This document shows, piece by piece, positions 12,794-25,392 of a stretch of 64,000 nt of DNA (positions within the stretch are counted from its first letter, which is position 1; every line of letters starts with the position of its first letter). The stretch covers positions 24,006,216 to 24,070,215 of the forward strand of contig NC_068996.1 of NCBI RefSeq assembly GCF_001194135.2, given 5' to 3'. Below the pieces are notes generated by a model. It did no database searches and was not told where the DNA came from. It was given only the letters and a program-made list of their open reading frames with translations. The position numbers and the translations under genes are program-made. This DNA is from Octopus bimaculoides. Taxonomy: Eukaryota.

Positions 12794-13150
12794 ACAGGCA
12801 TGGCTGTGTGTTAAGTAGCTTGCTTCCCAACCACATGGTTCTGGGTTCAGTCTTACTGCATGGCACCTAGTGCAAGTGTCTTCTACTATAGCCTTGGGCC
12901 AATCAAAGCCTTGTAAGTGGATATGGTGGATGGAAACTGAAAGAAGCCTGTCGTGTGTATGTGTGTGTCTCTGTGTCTGTGTTTGTCTCCCCATCGCCAC
13001 TTGACAACTGATGTTGGTGTGTTTACATCCCTGTAACTTAGTGGTTGGGCAAAAGAGATTGATAGCATAAGTACTAGACTTTAAAAAATAAGTCCTATGG
13101 GGTCGAAAGCCCTTCAAAGCAGTACTCCAGATTGGCCACAAAGGTAAAGT
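12794..13150 (+). mobile_element. CORE-like SINE family B copy
   Basis: GGCATGGCTGTGTG..AAGTAGCTTGCTTCCCAACCACATGG head, CORE-like block, (TG)n, 3' half. Confidence 0.85.
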
Positions 13151-13351
13151 CAAAGCAAAATAACAATAAGACCCTGTGCTTGAAAGGGAGCTGTCCAACC
13201 TATGCAAGCATATTTCCTTTTGTCACCATTTTCTGGGTGAAATACATTGCCACTGTTTCAATAAATATTTAAAATAAGGAAGAATTTAGAGAAATAACTG
13301 ATGACTGGAACATAAATTAACATGAAATTTTGATAGAAGATTATTAATTTT

Positions 13352-13488
13352 GTTATGCTTGGGGATGGTCATATTTTGCCAATTAAACACAAGCACTAAT
13401 CGGAAAATATGACCATCCCCAAGTATAACAATATCCGTTTCAATACACAGTTTCACATCAAGAATTTTGCAAAACAAATACATAAACG
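13352..13488. mobile_element. 137-bp hairpin-containing insertion flanked by 11-bp direct repeats, inside a family-1 MITE
   Basis: TTATTAATTTT at 13341-13351 and 13489-13499; inverted repeat 13350-13431. The host MITE sequence is continuous when the insert is removed. Confidence 0.7.
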
Positions 13489-13859
13489 TTATTAATTTTA
13501 CATTACTCTAATTCCTTTAATCATGTTTCTGTTGAAATACGCTGCTTTTTTTTTTTTTTTATTAATTTTGATTGTAATGAAGAATTTAGTAAAATAACTT
13601 TGTCATTATCAAGCTAATGTTTCAAACATAAATTAACCAAGAACCAGGTGTGGTCACAAGTGCATTGGTATCAAGAGTTAAAGCACTAAACATTTGGTTT
13701 ATGCATCAAAATGTCAATCAGTACCTAAACCAATGTAACTCTTATTCAGCAGAACATTTTGAATTTTTAACTTGAATATTACAAAGTTTAAGGTTTTTTA
13801 TTGAATATAAAAAAAAAAGTCATTGTTAGTGATGGAAAGAACAAATTGTATTGAGTTGT

Positions 13860-14100
13860 GAGGATGCAAGACCCAGTGGTCAGTGTTGCACACGTGACCA
13901 TAAAGTCATGGTTTCAATTCCCAAACTGTCTGGTACACTGCGTTCTGGAGTAAAAGACTTCATTTCATATTATTCCAGTCCACTCAGCTGTAAATAGGTA
14001 ACCTTGTGACTGACTGGTGTTCCGTTCGATTTTGGCCACTTACATGCCATGGACACCAGGTAACTAACCCTATGAGTCATTAAACTCAAGACAGGAATGT
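13860..14100 (+). mobile_element. Old degenerate tRNA-derived SINE
   Basis: CCCAGTGGTCAG (A-box-like), GGTTTCAATTCCC (B-box-like), followed by ...TCCAGTCCACTCAGCTGTAAAT. Confidence 0.55.
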
Positions 14101-14145
14101 TCAGGGTACTTACTTTTACTTATTATTGAGCTACATTATCTACAT

Positions 14146-14472
14146 CAGTGCTATTCAAAGTGGTGGCCCACGAGCCATCAGCTGCCAGTATGCAGCGAGT
14201 TTCCAGAAAAGAAAGAAACAATAGCATATAATTTCAGCAATTTCGCCTTATGCACTGCAGTAAACAACTTATCAGCTTATGTAATATTATATTATTTGTT
14301 TACAAAATAACTATAAAATTTTTTAAATGTCAACTTTTATTATATTCATTATATATATTGTTTCCAGTATAAACTAATATTCCTAAGAGATATTACCGGT
14401 CCCAGGCACATTGGGAGAAAAAAAAACAAAAAAACTGCCAGTAAACTACATCAGATAGTTTGAGAAGCACTG
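14146..14472. mobile_element. hAT (Charlie-like) non-autonomous DNA transposon
   Basis: TIRs CAGTGCTATTCAAA / TTTGAGAAGCACTG; 8-bp TSD ATCTACAT (14138-14145) and ATCTACGT (14473-14480). An 8-bp TSD is characteristic of hAT elements. Confidence 0.85.
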
Positions 14473-14609
14473 ATCTACGTTACAGAACAAGAACCAAATA
14501 TTTAATCCTTTAGCATTCAGATTACTCTGACAAATTTAATATTTTCCCATTGTTTTGAATTAATCAAGTATTATCTCGCAGCTTTGAGATTTTGATGAGC
14601 TTTCATTCT

Positions 14610-15010
14610 TTTACTTGTTTATATGGCTGCAATCATGCTAGAGCACTGCCTTAAAGGGTTTTAGTAAAAAAAAATTGGCCCCAGGACTTATTCTTTGTAA
14701 GCCTAGTGCTTATTTTATCGGTCTCTTTTGCCAAGCCACTAAATTGCGGGGACATAAACACTCAAGCATCGGTTGTCAAGCGACAGCAGGGGCACAAATA
14801 CAGACACACACACACATAAATATATATATATGTGCACACACACACACGCACACAATGGTCTTCTTTCAGTTTCCACCTACCAAATCCACTTACAAGGCTT
14901 TGATCAGCCTGAGGCTTTAGTAGAAGACGCTTGCCCAATGTGCCACACAGTGGGATTGAACACAGAACCATATGGTTGGGAAGCAAGCTTCTTACCACAT
15001 AACTATGCCT
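14610..15010 (-). mobile_element. CORE-like SINE family B copy
   Basis: Reverse complement of the family B body with an internal (CA)n/(TA)n tract. Confidence 0.85.
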
Positions 15011-15253
15011 TCGCCTGATTACTTATTTTAAAAATTACATTGTTGGGTATTAGTGAGAGGCCAGATCTGGCTGGTTTGAACATAAAACAGGTAGAGTATT
15101 TAGGCTGGATATGGCAGGTTTAAATGCTAAAAGGTTAATAATAATCTATATGCAGTAGGAATGTTATGACATTATCACATGATGATAATAACAAGAACAA
15201 CAATGGCAATCAGTGAACAGGTTAACTGTTGTAGTAGTGTAGTTATGTGATGT

Positions 15254-15621
15254 TGTTGTTGGCACTCCGTCGCTTATGACGTCGAGGGTTCCAGTTGATC
15301 CGATCCACGGAACAGCTTGCTCGTGAAATTAACGTGCAAGTGGCTGAGCACTCCACAGACACGTGTACCCTTAACGTAGTTCTTGGGGATATTCAGCCGT
15401 GACACAGAGTGTGACAAGGCACAACAGAAACAGGAAGTAAGAGTGAGAGAAAGTTGTGGTGAAAGAGTACAGCAGGGTTTGCCACCATCCCCTGCCGGAG
15501 CCTCGTGGAGCTTTAGGTGTTTTCGCTCAATAAACACTCACAACGCCTGGTCTGGGAATCGAAACCGCGATCCTATGACCGTGAGTCCGCTGCCCTAACC
15601 ACTGGGCCATTGCGCCTCCAC
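15254..15621 (-). mobile_element. Young tRNA SINE family A, copy 2 (20-bp internal deletion)
   Basis: Intact head GTGGAGGCGCAATGGCCCAGTGG; (AAC)n tail; TSD GTTATGTGATGT at 15242-15253 and 15623-15634. It lacks TGACCCTTTGAATTACAGGC relative to copy 1. Confidence 0.93.
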
Positions 15622-15960
15622 TGTTATGTGATGTATTGTGATAGGAAAGACATGTTATAATGCCTTTTTTTTTTCTGAAACAGTTTATTCCATCCAATCA
15701 ACCCAACTGATTATTGTCAGGTAACCTGACAACTAGATCAGCCAAAGTGTGTATGTGTGTATGTGCATGCATACATGCACTACCACCTTAAGTTCAATTA
15801 AGGTGGTAGGGTTCCTGATGCATTGTTCACTAGGTTGGGATAGGATGGGATGGTCACAACTGGAATGGCCTTTGGTAATAAATCTGCTCAATCTGGGCTC
15901 AACGACAACTAAAAGATCTGTGAACCAGCAAAAGAGGCTCTCAGAGATCGCTTGCAGTGT

Positions 15961-16007
<47 letters not shown>

Positions 16008-16261
16008 CGTGCGTCTCTCTCCCTCTCTTTACAACCATGATTAACCAAGGGTAGGAGGGTGAAACTCAAGGTAGACTGTTATTTTATTTTTTTGATAATA
16101 TATATCTATCCACTCTACCCAACACATCAAGTTCTGTATCAGATAACGTTTGCACTATGTAAAATGTAAAGTATGTCTATATGTATGTGTATATTATATA
16201 TACTGTGTGTATATGCGTGTCTATATGTGTTTGTGTACACAAATTTGCATGTGTAAGTATG

Positions 16262-16297
<36 letters not shown>

Positions 16298-16789
16298 NNN
16301 NNNNNNNNNNNNNNNNNNNNNNNNNNNNNNNNNNNNNNNNNNNNNNNNNNNNNNNNNNNNNNNNNNNNNNNNNNNNNNNNNNNNNNNNNNNNNNNNNAAA
16401 AAAAAAAAAAAAGATTAGAGATATTGTATAAAATTAGTGAATTTGAACTCGCAACCATCTGTGGGTAAAGCAGATATAATAACCACAACACTATGGAAAC
16501 ATGCACATGCACACACGTTTTTGCAAAGATATGCAACATATTCACGTGCATCCTGAGTTCAAAACTGCCATGGTTGACTGTCTTTCATCATTTCGTACTG
16601 ATAAAGTACGTACCATTTGAACACTAAGAACGATCTAATCAACTTCTCCGCCCACCCATTCAAAATTGCTGGTCTTGTGCCAAAATTAGAAAAAATATAA
16701 AGGTATGTGTATGTATGTATGTATGTATGAACATAAGTATACATTTATGTATGTATGCATTGGTATGAATTTTATGTATGTATAGGCAC

Positions 16790-16942
16790 AGGAGTGGCTG
16801 TGTGGTAAGTAGCTTCCTTACCAACCACATGGTCCCGGGGTTCAGTCCCACTGTGTAGTATCATGGGCAAGTGTCTTCTACTATAGCTTCGGGCCAACTA
16901 AAGCCTTGTGGGTGGATTTGGTAGACGGAAACTGAAAGAAGC

Positions 16943-16980
<38 letters not shown>

Positions 16981-17345
16981 TGTGTATCTGTGTTTGTCCC
17001 CTAACCATCGCTTGACAACCGACGCTGGTGTGTTTATGTGCCCGTCACTTAGTGGTTTGGCAAAAGAGGCCAATAGAATAAGTACTAGGCTTACAAAGAA
17101 TAAGTCTTGGTGTCGATTTGTTTGACTAAAGGAGATGCTCCAGCATAGCCGCAGTCAAATGACTGAAACAAATAAAAGAATGGGCACAGGCATTGCTGTG
17201 AGGTAAAGAAGCTTGCTTCCCAACCACATAGTTCTAGGTTCAGTCCTACTACACAGTACCTTGGGCAAGTCTTCAACTACGGCCTTGGGCTGACCAAAGC
17301 TTTGTGAATGGATTTGGTACACAGAAACTGAAAGAAGCCCATTGT
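16790..17345 (+). mobile_element. Two tandem CORE-like SINE family B copies (second cut by a gap)
   Basis: Full copy 16790-17175, immediately followed by a second head at about 17182. Confidence 0.85.
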
Positions 17346-18104
17346 GTGTGTGTGTGTNNNNNNNNNNNNNNNNNNNNNNNNNNNNNNNNNNNNNNNNNNN
17401 NNNNNNNNNNNNNNNNNNNNNNNNNNNNNNNNNNNNNNNNNNNNNNNNNNNNNNNNNNNNNNNNNNNNNNNNNNNNNNNNNNNNNNNNNNNNNNNNNNNN
17501 NNNNNNNNNNNNNNNNNNNNNNNNNNNNNNNNNNNNNNNNNNNNNNNNNNNNNNNNNNNNNNNNNNNNNNNNNNNNNNNNNNNNNNNNNNNNNNNNNNNN
17601 NNNNNNNNNNNNNNNNNNNNNNNNNNNNNNNNNNNNNNNNNNNNNNNNNNNNNNNNNNNNNNNNNNNNNNNNNNNNNNNNNNNNNNNNNNNNNNNNNNNN
17701 NNNNNNNNNNNNNNNNNNNNNNNNNNNNNNNNNNNNNNNNNNNNNNNNNNNNNNNNNNNNNNNNNNNNNNNNNNNNNNNNNNNNNNNNNNNNNNNNNNNN
17801 NNNNNNNNNNNNNNNNNNNNNNNNNNNNNNNNNNNNNNNNNNNNNNNNNNNNNNNNNNNNNNNNNNNNNNNNNNNNNNNNNNNNNNNNNNNNNNNNNNNN
17901 NNNNNNNNNNNNNNNNNNNNNNNNNNNNNNNNNNNNNNNNNNNNNNNNNNNNNNNNNNNNNNNNNNNNNNNNNNNNNNNNNNNNNNNNNNNNNNNNNNNN
18001 NNNNNNNNNNNNNNNNNNNNNNNNNNNNNNNNNNNNNNNNNNNNNNNNNNNNNNNNNNNNNNNNNNNNNNNNNNNNNNNNNNNNNNNNNNNNNNNNNNNN
18101 NNNN

Positions 18105-18149
<45 letters not shown>

Positions 18150-19619
18150 GACAGATACATTACACAAATATATATGTGTGCATGCATGCGCGTACACACA
18201 CACACACACACAAACATGGGACTATGCAACAAATTCTTGAACATAAAATGTATAATAAAGAAAAGTGTTCATTTATGGTAACTTAATAATTTTTTCGGAC
18301 ATCTCAATGGGATCTATCTTCAATTGAACTATTAGCATTTTTCTGAGGGAGAAGAGGAGGGGAGGTAGAGGGGATGGGAGTACAGGGGGAGGAGAAATCG
18401 GGAAGGGGGGGAGAAGAGAACAAAGGCAATATATTACATGAGAGTCTCATGTAAATATATTACAAATATGTATGCATGTGTGAGAAAAGGCAATCCTTTA
18501 TGTCCAACGCAATGTGTTTTGTTAGAACAGCAGACGAGAACCATCTCCTATAGATGCTGGAACTATCAGATCACCTTGCCAGTACCGCCTGACTGGCCTT
18601 CGTGCCGGTGACACGTAAAAGCACCCACTACATTCTTGGAGTGGTTGGCGTTAGGAAGGGCATCCAGTTGTAGAAACTCTGCCAAATCAGATTGGAGCCT
18701 GGTGTAGCCATCTGGTTTCACCAGTCCTCAGTCAAATCGTCCAACCCATGCTAGCATGGAAAGCAGACGTTAAACGATGATGATGATAGATACATACATA
18801 CATACATACATACATACATACACACACACAATATAATCATTATTTAACACCTGATTTCTATGCTGGTAGGGGCTGGACAGTTTGACATGATCTGATGAGC
18901 TGCATCAGGCTGCAATGTTGGCTTTAAAGCATTGTTTCTACTTCTGCAGGGGTCAGGGAACTCTTTTAACCAACTGCCCCAAATATATTTATTTATGCCA
19001 ACATTACCCCCTTGATTCGAAAGGAAGAAAATCAGATTCTTTGAATTCAAAAGGTTTATTGAATCTATTTATATGATCTATTTACACATCCATCATGCAT
19101 GCACATAGACACATTTATCTCTAGAGACAATGCCTTGCCCCGAATCTTCAGCTTCACTGTTCAGGTTGCATTCTGTATTCCAAATTCTTGGTACCCCAAT
19201 GAGCTGTTGGTATTTGAAATGAAGAGAGTTGGTGACAGGAAGAACACCTGATGACAGAAAACTTGCCCCCAAAAAATTTTATCTGACCCATACAAACATG
19301 GAATATGGTGGTCAAGGTGGTGATGATGATAATTAGCAGAACCAATGGAAATTTTACATTTTATGTACATTCTTACTTCTATTTCAAAGCATAAATCTTT
19401 AGATCTGCATAGCTTTGTTTGATTGTGTTAAAGGTTTTGGTTGAGTTTTGTAATACTTGAACACACAAATCAAGAACAGTAGATGGAACTTGGTGAATTC
19501 ATGCACAGAGACAAGAAAGAAAAAGTAAAAGCAATATATTTGCTAAAATTAAAAGCTTGTACAGAAATCTACAAAATTCAAGGAATTTAATGTATACAAT
19601 GAACACATAGGCTTTTATT

Positions 19620-20480
19620 GTTTCATAGTACTGGAATAGTGAATTAGGTGGAAGATGATACATTGGAAAAACAAGTAAAACTCTAACTATGCATGGAGTG
19701 TTTCATATGAAGGCAAATGTCAGCCATTTATACACGAAACGGAAGTTGGGGAGAGAAGACTTATTAGCATTTCTGATTGTGTGAATGGAAACAAAGGTCA
19801 ATAAACCACTACCTTGGAAAGAGTGAAGAAAAACTACTTAAACATGCTACTGCAATAGAAGTAGGACTTAGCGGTGTTGAATTTGATGAGAAGAAAACAT
19901 ATGAAAACAGGATAATTTGTAAAAGAAAAGGAAATGCTAGGAGAAGTGAAGTTTTGTGGACAGTTCCACAGAGATACAAAGAATGTAGAAAAAATCAGGA
20001 CTCATTGTGGGAATAGCTTCCAGAGAGTTTAACTCTTTAATATTTAAAATAGCCATATCTGGCTCAAATATTCTACATGTTTTTCGTTGAAACTGGCCAG
20101 ATCTAGACTCTCACTCCTACCCTACAATGTCATTCTAAAAATAAACAATCACATCATCAAAATCTTGGAGCTATGAGATAATACAGGATTAACTCAAAAT
20201 GATGTGAGTAGTACATTTGAAGCAGTACATTTGAAAGAGTAATCTGAATGCTAAGGTATTAAAGCCGGAAATGGAGAGTTTGTTGTTAGCTGCTCAACAT
20301 TCTATCTAAGTGAGAAAAGGCATTTATTCTTCTGCTTTGATGAACAAGTGCCACATGTGCAATCAGTCAACTGGAAAATATTGATCATTTTGTAACAGTC
20401 TACAAGTATTAACTCAGAAAGAAAACAAGCAATGATATTAAGATCTGGTCATGTAAAAAATACAGACACAATTTTTTAAA
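19620..20480 (+). mobile_element. Decayed R4/Dong-like (RLE-type) non-LTR retrotransposon, split by a MITE
   Basis: KTLTMHGVFHMKANVSHLYTKRK.G...LISISDCV...EQRSINHYLGKSEEKLLK; QFHRDT...SLWE*LPES|LKPEMESLLLAAQ; CHMCNQST.NIDH (C-terminal CCHC-type knuckle). These parallel the R4/Dong motifs HPKSDVDRLYxxRKxGGRGL and LKxETExxxxAAQ. Confidence 0.8.
20033..20258. mobile_element. TTAA-flanked piggyBac-like MITE family 2
   Basis: TTAA duplicated at 20029-20032 and 20259-20262; removing the insert restores the LINE frame (AGT TTA AAG CCG). Other copies at about 57410-57635, 58463-58686, 59785-60007; partial copies at 14500-14600 and 15040-15137. Family termini TTAACCCTTTAGCATT...AATGCTAAAGGGTTAA (inferred across copies). 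Confidence 0.85.
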
Positions 20481-21268
20481 CAAGGCTCTAAAAGAACCAG
20501 ATCAATGTAACAATTTATGAGATTTTTTACATCCAGATAGATAGAACAATTGAACACCCAGCCCAAATACCATTTTACATAACATGGAAAATAACAAGAA
20601 TGTCTCATAACAAACAATGCAATTCATTCAAACAAAAACCATGCAGATGAAAAAGCAGAGAAGGCTTCATAAACAGTAAATTAACAAGTGGGTTCAACAA
20701 TATGTGAGAGGATAACCTCTATCAGGAAAGGATAGTAGGTTATCACAGTTAGCGCTCAGTTCACACTGTAAAGAGGTTGGCATTTAGAAGGGCATTCAGC
20801 TGTAAAAACACCAAAACTGACCTCGCCTGTGCGAGTACCACATAAGAAGCACTCAGCCCACTCTACAGAGTGGTTGGCATTAGGAAGGAAACCACATCAA
20901 AACACACTCAGAAGCATAGCACAGGTTCCCTCCCATGCCAGCATTGAAGAAGGATGTTAAACAATGATGATGATGGTGATGTCAGAGACAAGGTAGTTTC
21001 GTATTTTATTCATTTAGCCTTCACACCTTGATTGAGGGAGAAATGTTGTGAATGACAGTGGTTATGGATATGGTGGTGGTAGTATTGTTAGTGGTTGTTA
21101 TGGTGATGATGGTGTTGGAAGAGGTGGCACAGATTGAATACACACACAAATATGTATATGAGGAAATCTTACTTTGCTTGGAAAGAGGTGAGAGTTAATA
21201 AGAGGAAGAGGAAGGACATTCCCCCAACTCATGCAAGCATAGGAAAGTGGATGTTAAAACAATGATTA

Positions 21269-22505
21269 TCTATATATATATATATAAAATTGAGAATGTA
21301 TGTCTGTGTGTGTGTGTGTGTGTGTCTGTGTGAATCCCTAAAACTCCAGAACTACACAACCAATTTCATTCAAATTTTACACATGCCTTACTTAGGGTCC
21401 CGGTTGTGTTTTATAGTCAAAGAAAAATTTTAACTTCTTGCATACTTCCAGCCCACAGCAACATCATATCTCCTCCACTATTTAAGTATTATGTGTCAAA
21501 AGTGAAACAAAAACACTCATATCATTCGAACCGGAATCTCAAAAACATTGTTATTATTAAATTTATGCATTTCTAATCAATTTGGAGATATTTGCTATCG
21601 AGTTGCAGATTTTTAACAATGCATTTGGTGATTATTTGCTTTATTTCTTGGGGAAAAATTTACAACTTAGAATAAAAGAATAAAATAATTATTTCATTCA
21701 AAAATTGATNNNNNNNNNNNNNNNNNNNNNNNNNNNNNNNNNNNNNNNNNNNNNNNNNNNNNNNNNNNNNNNNNNNNNNNNNNNNNNNNNNNNNNNNNNN
21801 NNNNNNNNNNNNNNNNNNNNNNNNNNNNNNNNNNNNNNNNNNNNNNNNNNNNNNNNNNNNNNNNNNNNNNNNNNNNNNNNNNNNNNNNNNNNNNNNNNNN
21901 NNNNNNNNNNNNNNNNNNNNNNNNNNNNNNNNNNNNNNNNNNNNNNNNNNNNNNNNNNNNNNNNNNNNNNNNNNNNNNNNNNNNNNNNNNNNNNNNNNNN
22001 NNNNNNNNNNNNNNNNNNNNNNNNNNNNNNNNNNNNNNNNNNNNNNNNNNNNNNNNNNNNNNNNNNNNNNNNNNNNNNNNNNNNNNNNNNNNNNNNNNNN
22101 NNNNNNNNNNNNNNNNNNNNNNNNNNNNNNNNNNNNNNNNNNNNNNNNNNNNNNNNNNNNNNAGTATTCTCACACGCACAACTGTACGTTGGCTGTCCCC
22201 ATGGTCTTTCTATTTGTGCACCCGAGGGAAGGACGAAGAATGTTGTCTACCAAGAGGCACTCCAATGATAACAACGGCAACTTCAACTGCTCCAATTTCA
22301 ACTCCGCAATTTTTTCATCGTCCTGCCAGCCCACGTTAGTCCAGTCTTGCTTTGCTCTCCTTACTAACTCACCATGACATTCTTTTTTTTCTACCAAGAT
22401 CCGTCACCCAAACACCACTTCGTATCCACTTCTTCCACTTTTTTATGTCTTCGTTTCTCTCTTCGCGTCGTTCTCTGACTGGGTGAAACCAGGCTTAGCT
22501 GCTAG
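21269..22505 (+). mobile_element. Non-autonomous Helitron (contains an assembly gap)
   Basis: 5' TC preceded by A (A|TCTATATAT...), then a (TG)n/GTCT microsatellite. Subterminal hairpin CTGG-GTGAAA-CCAG (22479-22492), 3' CTAG followed by T. A|T insertion site with no TSD. Confidence 0.75.
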
Positions 22506-23581
22506 TATATATATATATATATGTTTGGTGCTGCGTAAAAACCACTGATGATAGTCCACATAAAAAGCACCTAGTACACTCTGAAAAGTTGTTGGCATTA
22601 GGGAGGGCACCCAGCTGTAGAAACCATATCAAAACAGACTATGAAACCTGGAGTGGCCCTTGGTTTTGACAATTACTCTCAGGTCATCCAACTCTTGCCA
22701 GCATGGAAAACAGAACTTAAATGAACATAATGAGGAAGGTGATATATATGAGGACAATGATATATATATACACACACACACATATATATATATATATATT
22801 CTTTTATTTGTTTCAATCATTTGACTGGTGCCACACTGGAGCACTGCCTTTTAGTCAAAGAAATCAACCCCTGAACTTATTCTTTGTAAAGTCTGGTACA
22901 TAAATACATCAACATTGGTTGTCATTTGATGAAAGGAGGGGGGGGGTGACANNNNNNNNNNNNNNNNNNNNNNNNNNNNNNNNNNNNNNNNNNNNNNNNN
23001 NNNNNNNNNNNNNNNNNNNNNNNNNNNNNNNNNNNNNNNNNNNNNNNNNNNNNNNNNNNNNNNNNNNNNNNNNNNNNNNNNNNNNNNNNNNNNNNNNNNN
23101 NNNNNNNNNNNNNNNNNNNNNNNNNNNNNNNNNNNNNNNNNNNNNNNNNNNNNNNNNNNNNNNNNNNNNNNNNNNNNNNNNNNNNNNNNNNNNNNNNNNN
23201 NNNNNNNNNNNNNNNNNNNNNNNNNNNNNNNNNNNNNNNNNNNNNNNNNNNNNNNNNNNNNNNNNNNNNNNNNNNNNNNNNNNNNNNNNNNNNNNNNNNN
23301 NNNNNNNNNNNNNNNNNNNNNNNNNNNNNNNNNNNNNNNNNNNNNNNNNNNNNNNNNNNNNNNNNNNNNNNNNNNNGAAGACACTTGCCCAACTTTTTAA
23401 TATCTTCGGTATATGGTGAAGCAAATATTTGCTGATCCCTTAATTATATTTATAAATATATATGAGCTTTTAAATAAGTTCTCCACCAATAATGGTGCTT
23501 TCATACCGATGGGCTTGGTAAAAATTGTTAATTGATTTATTAATTAATAAATTGATAATCCTTTACCCTTTTAATTTGTAA

Positions 23582-23625
<44 letters not shown>

Positions 23626-24292
23626 TATGACGGGTTTCTTTCAGTTTCTGTCTACCAAATCCACTCACAAGGCTTTGGTCGGCCTGAGTAGTAGACTCTT
23701 ATCCAAGGTGCCATGCAGTGAGACTGAACTGAGAACCATGTGGTTGAGAAGCAAGCTTCTTACCACACAGCCACATCATCATTGTTTAAGCTAGCATGGG
23801 TCAGAGGGAATACCCTTCGTCACCAACCCTCATCCATTTCCAAGTAAGGTAATATCTTCTCCATGGTCAGACATGTTTTCATGGAAAACTGAAGATAAAT
23901 GACAGCTTGTTTGAAAGTGACACTTGCTTACAGCTAACAAATGATGTCAAGAGAAAGAGCAAAACACACACACGCGATGGGCTTCTTTCAGTTTCCTTCT
24001 ACCAAATCCACTAACAAAGCTTTGGTTGGCCTGAAGCTATAGTAGAAGACACTTGCCCAACTTTTTAACTATACAATCATAGTCATTGTAATGGGAGTTA
24101 GTTAAATAGAGTAGCATAAAGGCAATGATAAAAAGAGAGGGCATAAGTAAGAGAGAGAGAATGAGAGGGAGTGAGAGAGATAGAGAGGGATGGGGTTAGA
24201 TTTAACTAAAAGAAAATATCTTAAGACTATTTCTTGAATAAGAATAGCTGAGTAACAGTTGTATACTTTGTGTGTGTATATGTGTGTGTGTG

Positions 24293-24332
<40 letters not shown>

Positions 24333-25327
24333 AGAACTAGCAATAAAAGAACATCTAAAACAAAAAATAATAACACAAAACAAAAAGAAAAACCAAATGA
24401 AAAGCAACTCCTCCTACTTCCATCCTGTTAAAATTTTTAACAAACACTAAAGCATTGCAAAGACTGGAGAATAAAGTTGATAATGGAAAAATTAGAGAAA
24501 AAAAAAAGTCACTACTACTTCTACTAGTATTGACAATAACAACAACAACAATAGTGATAGAAGAAAAAAGCAAGGATAAAAAGTGAAATAATAGTAAGAC
24601 AATGTAGTATTTTGTGGCAGAGAAAGAAGAAGAAAAAAAAAGGATAAGGAAAGAATGAATGAAATTTCAAAGAAAGGAAGAGTGGGGAGTGAAAGAGTGA
24701 GGAGAAAAATCAATGTGTGGTTAGTGTCTCAGAGTTAAGTAGTAGGCATATATTCATTAACTATTTGTCACATGATCAAAACATCCAATGAAATTCAACT
24801 GAAGTGAAGTAGAAGAAAGCTGAATGAAGAAAATAGGAGGTTTTGTCAGTCATGGTATAAGCTACATATATATATCTATAGTCATATTTTCAGTGAAATA
24901 GCATTACAATATCCATATAAAACAACAGAATATCATAAATACAATATAATCGATAGATGGGTATATCTTGCTTATTTTTTTTTTACACTATATATGCAGT
25001 TGTATAATAACATATTGGAAATGTTCAAATCTTGATATGGGATGAACTGTATTTGATGCATTGATTAATAAATGTTATTGATCAGTTATCAAACCATCTA
25101 TATTTGTTATGCAAACCATGTTTATACTAGAGACTAACCTACTGCGATTTACCACAATTGCTTGACTGATCCTACTACAGATGAAGTTTATTGTGGCAGA
25201 TTTTCTACAAATTTTCTATACCCAGCTCTTCTTGTCACCAACATATATTTGTTTCCAAACAGGGTTAATAATACTCTCTGTAGTTTGACCAGTGGCCAAA
25301 ACATTCATAGTGCAAAGTATTCACACA

Positions 25328-25330
<3 letters not shown>

Positions 25331-25388
<58 letters not shown>
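25331..25388. repeat. (GT)n microsatellite, representative of many (CA/GT)n, (TA)n, (AAT)n, (GAT)n and (GA)n tracts
   Basis: Direct reading. Other examples: (AAT)n at 29777-29835, 30362-30407, 49058-49113; (GA)n at 11757-11810, 24298-24328, 62324-62356. Confidence 0.98.

Positions 25389-25392
<4 letters not shown>

Noticed and set aside
17155-18286. Long ORFs of 150-385 aa in the track (also at 21.7, 22.9, 36.5, 45.4, 51.6 and 53.2 kb)
   Set aside because: They consist of X residues from N-gaps plus translated (CA)n/(TA)n repeats, so they are artefacts.
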